Source: Octopus sinensis
Taxonomy: Eukaryota
Length of the DNA: 64,000 nt
Reading direction: 5' to 3'
Assembly: GCF_006345805.1 (NCBI RefSeq)
Contig: NC_043006.1
Span: forward strand, 89,528,001 to 89,592,000
Shown: one piece after another, positions 54,007 to 64,000 of the stretch
How the letters are laid out: every line of letters begins with the position of its first letter
How positions within the stretch are numbered: position 1 is the first letter of the stretch
Program-made: the position numbers and the translations under genes
Notes under the pieces: model-generated
Databases searched by the model: none
Told to the model about the DNA's origin: nothing
The model's input: the letters and a program-made list of their open reading frames with translations, nothing else

Positions 54007-57000
54007 TGGGACGTGACCAATTCTACCCTATGCTGTAATTAGAACTCCTTGTTCATGATATAAACCAGCAGTTTTCATTGTTTTCCACTTCGTGATACAC
54101 TGGAGGTCAAATATGCTGACACACTTTCTAAGAAAAGTTAAAATCAAATCATTTTTTAAGCTAAAAATTTAGAAATAGGCAAGTGTTAGGTTGATCAAAG
54201 CCTTGAGAGGGAATTTTGTTGACAGAATCTGAAAGAAGCCCATTGCATGCATGCATGTGTGTGTGTGTGCATGTTTGTTTACATTTTCATTCTGTGTAAG
54301 CTGCTTCAAGCTGTGTTGTTGCCATTTCTCTAGTCATCAAATCATCTGCTCACTTTGTGTCATAAACAATCTATAATGATAAACCATCTATAAGGCACAA
54401 AAAGAAAATGACTCTCCCCAGGCACAACAGAATGTGCATCAACACACAAAATCATATAAAGAATCTTCCAAACCAAATCCAAAGACGAAATCTATAAAGA
54501 GATCCCATACTTGAAAACCAGGCAAGGGTTAGTGACAGGAAGGACATTCAGTAGTAGAACAATGTCTGAATATTTGTGTAACCCATGCCAGCATGGAAAA
54601 ATAGACATAAAACATACAAACAAATGAACAAAGAGTCATAATCTCATTTTATATTTCATAAATGTGTGAAACAAAATTTGAGTAACATGTTTTCAAGCTA
54701 CTCAAACATTGTATTTAGATACTCTAAAGCTTGAAATTATCTTTCAAAAAATCCGAAGCATTCCTGAATAGGATGCCACTCATCGTTAAACATCTGCTTT
54801 CCATGCTAGCATGGGTTGGACGATTTGACTGAGGACTGGCGAGCTAGATGGCCGCACCGGGCTCCAATCTTGATTTGGCAGAGTTTCTACAGCTGGATGC
54901 CCTTCCTAATGCCTCCAACCACTCTGAGAGCGTAGTGGGTGCTTTTACGTGCCACCAGCATGAGGGCCAGTCAGGCGGTACTGGCAACGGTCACGGAAAA
55001 TCGTGTTTTTATCTTTACGTGTCACCTGCACACCGGTACAAGTGCCAGTAAGGCGACGCTGGTAACGATCACACTCGAGTGCCATCTGCACGAACGCCAG
55101 TTAGTCGCTCTGGCAACGATCACGCTCGGATGGTGCTCCACTAGCACGGAGAATTTGGAATGAGGCAATTGGAATAGGTGGTTTCCCAAAACAGTTGTGC
55201 CAAAATGTTTCCTACTTTTTAGAACCACCTAACTCCCAAGTGGTCCAGTCTACTTAACTGTAAACAGGTACCAAAATGTCAATTACAGCAACAGTATTGT
55301 ATGGTTGGTTTCATTAGTTTTTTTTTATATTGGTTTTCTTTTGAGGGAGAGAGGGATGGAAGAGAAATGAAAAACAAAAGCCAGTGATACTTTACTGTAT
55401 GTGGCCAACAGATAGAAGCAATGATTAAAAAAATACAAACAATGAAAGCATAGTTTCCTCAGTTCAATTGAAAGACTAGGCTGTGATGTAATAACTAACA
55501 CAACTTGAGGCCTTAAGCAGAGTCTACTTTGTTAAAGTTACCCAGGTCTGCCGCAAGTACTCAGATCAAGTCCCTGATTTAAGAGCAACTCAACATTTTC
55601 ATAACATTACTTTTTATAGAAGTAACCAACGTATTATGATTTTCTTTTTTGCTTCCCTTTCCACTGGAATACATGCAAAAAAGTCAAAGGTACTTCTGGG
55701 TACTTGTCCTTCTCCTCTCATTGAATTATATTAAGATAAATGCTCATTTCATGTTAAAATCATCGTGTGCAGGCGAAATAAAACAAAGGTAAAATAACAT
55801 CCTCATCTTTTTCAAAAGAAAATTACAAAAAAACGAATCAACATCCTCATCAATTACCTCATGTATCTTTAAAGCCTTGAAGTCATTTGCAAAGTTTCAA
55901 CTTTTTATGATTTTTCTAATGATAAACACTTTCCAGGTGTATCAATAATTAATTTTCAAAATAATCAGGCATTTGGAAGGATTTACTAAAATAAATAATT
56001 TTATTCATTATTAAGCAGGTGTTTAGAAATGTAACTAAATAAAAAGATTCCTCTTCAAAATTATGATTAAATGTTTAAATTTTTCAATTTTAGAATTTAA
56101 ATCTGAATGTTTTACTATTTTCATACTATAACTAAATAAATACACCGTCCATGTGACTTGGTTAATTGTGAAAATAATTAAGAGTTGGAAGGAGTCTGAC
56201 ATTTAGAACATAGTAACTCACACTACCTGTACTGGCAAGCAAGTATGATTGATGTTTTCCTTAATTATATTAGGTACCTGATGTAGTTTCAAGTAGACAC
56301 ACTTGACTCTCAGCATAGCTGGATATCTCAGCTGAGATAGCTAGCGAAAGAAAGGACTACACCAGCACAACTAACCACTCACTTTAGTACTTTGCTTCCC
56401 ATGGAACATGACTTTTCCCCATTGTTCTCAACTCTGGATTGTAAGGTGTAGCCTCACTATTCTCTGAGAGAAGGCCTTTCTTTCTCAATTCATGTTGGGT
56501 TTGAATCATCATCAATGCTTCTGTAACTTTGATGTGTTTCTAGGTAGAGGTGTTGGCTCTATGCAAATGCCATATTAGTTTGGCCTTTCTCTTTTGATCT
56601 TTCCAGGAGCTTGCACTCTGAGCGCATAGCTTTTAGGGTCATTGAAGCACAGAAACGACCACATTGTGCCAGCACAAAGCTAGCACTTATTTTTCATCCA
56701 GCTAGATTGGAACAATACAAAATGAAGCACCTTGCTGAAAGACATAATGTACCTCCTAGTCCAGGATTTGATGCCCTAACTTTATGATAACAAGCCCAAC
56801 ATACTAACTAGTAGACCGCTTATTAAACAGAATTATGATGGAAGATTTAAATCTAAACGTAAAGTTTAAAATGAAAGGCATTAGAATCATAGAATCAGAG
56901 GTAGTTTTAGATGGATTAATAGTAAAAGGTTTGAAACTTAAAAGATTTTATCAACATAATGGAAATATGGAAGATAAAAAGCAGAAGAAAGATAACTTTT

Positions 57001-57010
57001 GTTTTTTTAC

Positions 57011-57080
57011 CTGGATTGGAATTGCTCCACTTCCACACATAGGGTCACAAACAACATCTCCATCCTGGATTTTGCAAAGT
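57011..57080 (-). CDS. THUMPD3: Internal coding exon of a THUMP-domain tRNA guanine-N2 methyltransferase (THUMPD3-like), SAM-binding motif I region
   Basis: Minus strand reads tttctttcag|A CTT TGC ... CCA ATC CAG|gtaaaa, with canonical AG/GT and 70 bp (1 nt + 23 codons). It encodes (R)LCKIQDGDVVCDPMCGSGAIPIQ, matching from memory the THUMPD3 motif LC...DIIVDPMCGTGAIPIE. I could not identify neighbouring exons. Confidence 0.85.
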
Positions 57081-57315
57081 CTGAAAGAAATATTTATTGA
57101 AAAATAAAATAAAACTAATTTACTTATTTTATCTGCAATAATTTTGAAGAAATACAACAGGAGAAATAAAAATCAATAACAATAAAAACAACAAGAGTAG
57201 CAGCAACAACAACAACAACAACAGCAAGAACAGCAACAAATGTTTCTAATATAGGGAGAAGGCCTGAAATTTGATTGAAGAAGTTGAACAATACTCCAAG
57301 TACTTGGTTGGTATT

Positions 57316-59604
57316 CATCATCATCGTTTAATGTCCGCTTTCCATGCTAGCATGGGTTGGACGGTTCAACTGGGGTCTGGGAAGCATGAAGGCTGCACCA
57401 GGTCCAGTCTGATTTGGCAGTGTTTCTACGGCTGGATGCCCTTCCTAACGCCAACCACACCGTGAGTGTAGTGGGTGCTTTTTACGTGCCACTGGCACAG
57501 GTTCCAGAAGAGGCTGGCAAACAGCCATGATCGGATGGTGCTTTTTACATGCCACCGGCACGGAGGCCAGTTGGGGCGGCACTAGCAACGGCCATGTTCG
57601 GATGGTTCTCTTACGTGCCACCGGCACTGGTATCATAGCTACAATTTCCATTCATGTTGATCGATTTTGATTTTGATTTTTGATTTTCACTTGCCTCAAC
57701 AGGTCTTCACAAGTAGAGTTTTGTGTCCCAAGAAGGGAAGGTATGCATACGTAGGCTGGCTCCATCCCATGTAGAAGGCCACGGGTTATGGTCTCACTTG
57801 TCCTGCCGGGTCTTCTCACACACAGCAATATTTCCAAAGGTCTCGGTCTCTAGTAATTTCCTCGGTGAGACCTAAAGTTCGAAGGTTGTGCTTCATCACC
57901 TCGTCCCAGGTTTTCCTGGGTCTACCTATTCCACAGGTTCCCTCAACTGCTAGGGTGTGGCACTTTTTCACACAACTATCTTCATCCATTCTCACCACAT
58001 GACCATACCAGCGCAAACATCTCTCTTGCACACCACAGCTGATGCTTCTTAGGTCCAACTTTTCTCTCAAGGTACTTACACTCTGTCGAGTATGAACACT
58101 GACATTACACATCCATCGGAGCATACTGGCTTCATTTCTTGCGAGCTTATGCATATCCTCAGCAGTCACAGCCCATGTTTCACTGCCATGTAGCATGACT
58201 GTTCGTACACATGCATCATACAGTCTACCTTTTACTCTGAGCGAGAGGCCTTTTGTCACCAGCAGAGGTAAGAGCTCTCTGAACTTTGCCCAAGCTATTC
58301 TTATCCTAGCAGCTACACTTTCAGTGCACCTGCCTCAGCTACTGATTTGGTCACCTAGGTAATGGAAGCTATCAGCTACTTCTAGTTTTTCTCCCTGGAA
58401 TGTGGCGGAAGTTGGTCTCTGTGCACATTTTCAGTGTTTAATGATCCTGAGCATCTGCCACATACAAAAACTATCTTCCTAGTTAGACTTCCTTTGACAT
58501 TGCTGCACCTCTTATGTGTCCATAGCTTACACTTGGTGCATCTTATAGAGTTTCTACCTACGCCTTTTCTACAGATTGAGCAGGGCCATCTACTTGAAGG
58601 CTTTTGTGATTTGTCTACCTTCCTACTTATTAGGACTTTGGTTTTAGCTAGGTTGACTCTAAGGCCCTTTGATTCTAATCCTTGCTTCCACACCTGAAAC
58701 TTCTCCTCCAGTTCTGATAGTGACTCAGCAATTAGAGCAAGGTCATCAGCATAGAGGAGCTCCCAGGGGCATCCTGTCTTGAATTCCTCCGTTATTGCCT
58801 GGAGGACTATGATAAATAGGAGGGGGCTGAGGACTGAACCTTGGTGGACCCCTACCTCTACCCGGAATTCTTCACTGTACTCGTCGCCAACCCTCACCTC
58901 ACTAACAGCGTCCCTGTACATGGCTCGCACAGCTCTCACTAACCATTCATCTATCCCTAGTTTCCTCATTGACCACTAGATAAGGGATCAGGGGACCCTG
59001 CCGAAGGCTTTCTCCATGTCAGCGAAAGCCAGGTACAGGGGCTTATCTTTGGCTAGGTATTTCTCCTGCAGCTGTCTTACCAGGAATATAGCATCAGTGG
59101 TACTTTTCCCTGGCAGGAACCCAAACTGCATCTCATCTAAACTAACTCTCTCTCTAATTATTTGGGCTATGACCCTCTCTGTGACCTTCATTACTTGATC
59201 CAGCAACTTGATACCTCTGTAATTATTTGTATCTAGAGCGTCACCTTTACCTTTGTAGTAGTTGACTATTATGCTGCTACACCAGTCATTGGGTATGACT
59301 CCTTCGTGTATCACCTGGTTAACTATACGGGTGACGAGGCTATAGCCGACACTGCCAGATATTTTGAGCATCTCTGCAGTGATTCCTCAAGGGCTGGGGG
59401 CTTTCCCTGCCTTCATACTCTTAATTGCTTTAACTACCAAGGTACTGTCAACTCGGATAGCTGGTCCCTCTGTTGGGTCGACAATCGGCAGACTCTCTTT
59501 CCCCCATTCATTTTCTTTGTTCAGCAAACTTTCATAGTGGCATCACCAAACCTCTTTCTTTTCAGCGTCATTTAGTGCAAGAGAACCATCAACCATGCGG
59601 ACAC
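57316..59604 (-). mobile_element. 5'-truncated RTE LINE of the same family as 50878-53564, inserted in a SINE
   Basis: RT motifs include LLYADD, followed by a PHD-pattern insert, the C-terminal RGRP region, 3' UTR repeats and a (gat)n tail at 57316. Confidence 0.95.
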
Positions 59605-61234
59605 TTTTTAATTTACCCTGAGAGGATGAAAGGCAAAGTTAACCTCAGCAAGATTTGAAATCAGGGCGCAAAGCTTTTCGACAAATATTGAAACGTTTTC
59701 TTTCTGATGCTGCACAAAGTCAGAAATTTATGGTGAGGATTTCAATACATAGCGAGTACAGAAGGAAGGACATCAGAATTGGCCTTAGTAGGTCCTTAAG
59801 TTAGACTATAAAGAGCCAAAAAGATATTACGAAAGATATCTAACACCTTAAAGATCTTACCAAACTACTGTTCTTAAAAATTGCTTCAAATTTTGGCACA
59901 AAGCCAGAAATTTTAGGGAGAGGGGATTACTTGATTACATCAGACCCAGAACTTGGGTGATACTTTATTTGATCGACCCTAGAAATATGAAAGGAAAAGT
60001 TGACCCCTGAAGGATTTGAACTCAGAACAAAATGTTAGACAAAATGCCTAGAGGTATTTTGTCCAATGCACCAATAATTCTGCCATCTCTGTTGCTTTCC
60101 ATTGGTCTTAAACATAATAATTCTTTCTACAATAGGTACAAGGTGAGAAATTTTGAAAGGAGGGAACAGTCAATTAAACCTGAACCAGTAATTTACTGGG
60201 GTAGATGCAACTGAAATTTATTGAACCCAGAAGCATAGAAAGCAATACTGACCTCAACAACATTCAAGCTTTTGCATAACTAAATACTTGTCAGGAATAA
60301 AATTCAATGTTCTACCAATTCAGCCATCCCAATAGTAGAATAACAATCATCATCATCATCATCATCGTTGTTTTAACGTCCCCTTTTCCATGCTTGCATG
60401 GGTCAGACAGAATTTGTTGAGGCAGATCTTCTACAGCTGAAATCCATTGGTGTCACTAACCTTCTCCTGTTTTGAAGCAGGGCAATGTTTCTCCATGGTC
60501 AGACATATTTTTCACAGACAACTGAGATCAAATGACCTTGCTTGTAGAACGGTGATGCTTCTTTACAGCCATCACCTGATGTCTAAACACATGGTTACAT
60601 TCACACATACTACATCATCACCATCATTTACCATGTTTGCCATGTTGAATAGTTTGAAAGGAGATGGTGAGACAGAGAACTGCACCAATCTCCAATGCCT
60701 GCAATACACATGCACATACATATGATGAGCTTCCACACAGTTTCCACTTATGAAATCTACTCACAAGACTTTGATTGGCCATAGATAAAACAGAGGATAC
60801 TCAAGGTACTGTGCAGTGAGACTGAACCCAAAGCCATATGATTGGGAAGCAAGCTTGTTAACTACACTGCCACACCTATGCCTCTGCCATGCAGTGAAAC
60901 TGATCCCGAAATGATACGGTTGGCTGCTTTAAACCTCTTCCTCACAATGCATGTACTATATTTTGTTCTGTTTCCATTTCACATATAGAAAAGAACTACA
61001 GTTTTGTATTCAAATGTTTCTGTATGCAGGGCCTTACTACTGTATTTAAAAGTATAATGTATTCTCTTCTGATCAATAAGAACAAACACTATCTCTTATT
61101 ATATTTATTGTTATCTGAAGATTAGTCCAAGATAAGCAGTCTTATGCCGAAATCTCACAATGCATCAGCTTATTTTGCAGGTGAAATTTTCTTACTATCA
61201 GATCTTCTGCTTCTCAATTCCTGTTCTTTACACA

Positions 61235-61287
<53 letters not shown>

Positions 61288-61901
61288 ACACACATGCACA
61301 TACATATAAGTACATACATTAATATACACATGTATAAAAATATATAAATACACCTACGTATCTTTAATCTTGATAGCAAATTCTATAGAGAAGATGGTTT
61401 GGAACGAATATCACTTTGACAACCAAATCTCTGGAAGGTTTATGACTCATGCTAGCTTTTAAGTAAAGGGGGAATCATTGGTTTCCAAATTATATTCTTC
61501 ACATCTCCATCTTTTTCTCTCATACTCATGCACAAAAGTATGTGTGTGCATGTGTGCGCGTATGTGTGTGTGTATGTGTGCGTGATTACACACACAAATG
61601 GAAGAAACAGTGCTCAATATGTAGAAAAAGACTTAAATTATTTGATGTTGGTGCTTCTCTCCATCACAGCTCAGAGTTTCTGAGTTTCTGTTACATGAAA
61701 TATATTTTTTGCTATCTAAAGGATCAAATGTAGCAAGGAACTTTTTTGGCTCAACCAGTTTTGCATGACCTGTTTGGCTCACTTCTTTAATATGATCTGT
61801 TTTGCATTTTCTCTCATTCTCTCCCCCACTTCTCTTTCATGAGTAAGAGAAAAGAGAAAGCGTTTATATTAATAATGTTTAATTAGTAAATTAAAATCTC
61901 C

Positions 61902-61942
<41 letters not shown>

Positions 61943-62218
61943 GTGCATATATTTTTGTGAATGCATGCATGTTTGTGTGTGATCACCTCCAGTGCCAAAA
62001 CATATTGTCACCAAAACAGGTTCAATCCCCAGTCAGCTGCATCCACTCATCTCCTTCCAAGAAACTTACCAGTGACAAAGTGTATAATCAGATTTGAATG
62101 AACAAATGAATGAATGAATGAATGAATGAATACATACATACATGCATGCATGCATGCATGCATACATACATACATACATACATACATACATACATACATA
62201 CATACATACATACATACA

Positions 62219-64000
62219 TTATGGCTGCCCCCTCGTTATCGAGTATGGCCATTGCACGAAGCTTAACTGTTACTGGTGCTGTGATCGAATGTGACTTTTT
62301 AGCCCAGCTAAAGATCTACAATGTCTTGTACAAAATTGGCAACTAAAACCTTTACTGGTAATAGCCGGCTGTAGTTGTAACTGGGCTTCATGTACCTTTG
62401 CATGTCGTTTAAGTCCTCCTGCCGAATTACACTCTCTTCCACATGCCCGACAGATATGATTAGTATGGTGTGTTACACCACCACCAGTGGCTAGGTTGTC
62501 ACTCATCTGTCTCATTTTATGACTACAAAGATGACTCATGAGTCCAGCTTTACTGAGGCAAGGTCTTGCACAGACATTGCATGTCAGAATCAAAGGAAGA
62601 CCCTTCCCTTCTGGAAGTGTAACAGCGATGCCCTTCCTGACATCCCTCCTTACTTTCTCATGTGCAACTCGAGATTTCTTAAACATGGCTGTCCCCTCAT
62701 GCACAATCCTTCTCCACCTGCTACGATCAATAGCTATGCCTTCCCATGTGTCATGAGAGATGCAAGCATCTCTTAAGGAAGCCTTCAGCAAGTCCTTATA
62801 CCTCTTTTTTGGTTTATGTGGAGGTCATTCTCCTTTAGCTAACTCTCCATAAAAGAGTTGTTTTGGCATCCTTGAATCCTTCATTCTGACCAGATGACCA
62901 CTCCATCTGAGCCTTTGCTTTAACACAAGAGCTTCTATACTTTCACACCGAGAGCCTTCAAGTATTTCAAGATCACTGATGCGGTCCTTCCACTTAATGC
63001 TATAGATCCGTCTGAGGCACATCTGATGGAAACGTTCCAGATGTTTAAAGTGGTATTGATATGTGACCCACGTCTCGCAGGCATAGAGAAGAGAAGGGAG
63101 CACACATGCCTTGTACACCTTTATCTTTGTCTTTCTGCATATGTCTTGCCGACCCCAGAGGCGCTTTTCTAGCCTTCCGAAAGCAACACTTGCTTTCCTA
63201 ATTCTATATGGAACTTCATCATACACATTGCCATATCTATTAATAGTGCTTCCCAGGTAGACAAACTGATCGACTACATCAAGTCGTTTACCATTCACAT
63301 AATATTTGGTACACTATACTGCTTACCAGGGGCAGGTTGATGCAAGACAACAGTTTTCTTGAGATTGACTGTCAATCCTAAGGCAGTGCAAGCATCAGAG
63401 AATGTATTCAAAATGTGTTGCACATCAATCTCTGTGTGTGCTACTAGCTCACAATCATCAGCATACAAAAGGTCTCTTATGATAGAGGTAAATATCTTTG
63501 TTTTTGCAGCAAGGTGCCTGATATTAAATATGCTGCCAGAGGTTCGATAATGGACGTAAACACCATATCTGCAGTTTCTGAATGCAATACAGAACACCAT
63601 CGCGAAATATATGGAAAATAGGGTCGGTGCCAGAATATCCCCGTTTCACTCCATTTTGTATTGAAATGGGCTCCGACATCTTCCCTCTAACATTCACCCT
63701 ACCATTCATGTCTTCATGCAAAGACCTAACCAAAGCAAGGAACTTTTCAGGACACCCAAGTTTCTGGAGGACTTTCCACAATGCTTTTCTATTGATGGTA
63801 TCAAAGGCCTTTGTCAGATCGACAAACATCTGATACAAATCCAGACCCCGTTCCACACACTTTCCCTGAAGCTGTCTAGCTGAAAAGATCATATCAGCAG
63901 TGCCGCGTCCCACACGAAAGCCTGTATCTCGTCAGCCTTCTTACTCCACCACGTATCCCTCATCTGAGAGAGCTTTTGCCTCACACGTGATTTTACGTCC
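62219..64000 (-). mobile_element. RTE-BovB-like LINE, frameshifted, continuing beyond the window end
   Basis: Remnants include GRGTADMIFSARQLQ, FVDLTKAFD, LYADDC, LPSLLYACETW and LRWSGHLVRM...PKQLFYGEL, then three C2H2 fingers and a short 3' UTR ending at a (TACA)n tract. Confidence 0.9.

Noticed and set aside
56835-57157. Track ORFs overlapping the THUMPD3 exon, taken as whole proteins
   Set aside because: Only the 70 bp between the splice sites is supported; the rest is intronic read-through or antisense.

Overview
This is AT-rich, microsatellite-dense eukaryotic DNA, not prokaryotic. Its repeat content (RTE LINEs with (GAT)n tails, tRNA-headed SINEs, TA/CA/TACA tracts) resembles what I recognise from Octopus genomes; that assignment is inference. 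The only host coding sequence I can support is one 70-bp minus-strand exon (57011-57080) of a THUMPD3-like tRNA methyltransferase. The rest is non-coding and packed with nested, mostly decayed mobile elements: a tandem Helitron/Helentron-like array, a long-TIR element, a probable solo LTR, a hAT MITE with an 8-bp TSD, two Tc1/mariner-superfamily relics, a Gypsy-like LTR element with a 5-bp TSD that lacks gag and the RT core, several RTE LINEs, RLE-type and Penelope-like fragments, and several long near-perfect inverted repeats. Most ORFs in the supplied track are microsatellite or antisense artefacts, and many use non-ATG starts. I found no rRNA, tRNA gene or CRISPR array, and no clear new multi-gene system. 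The best leads are a BovB-type LINE ending in three C2H2 fingers, a 3'-3' palindromic mariner holding an inverted copy of its own flank, two RTEs inserted about 15 nt apart in the same SINE family, the RT-less LTR element, and the isolated THUMPD3 exon. All alignments and identity values were done by eye and are approximate.
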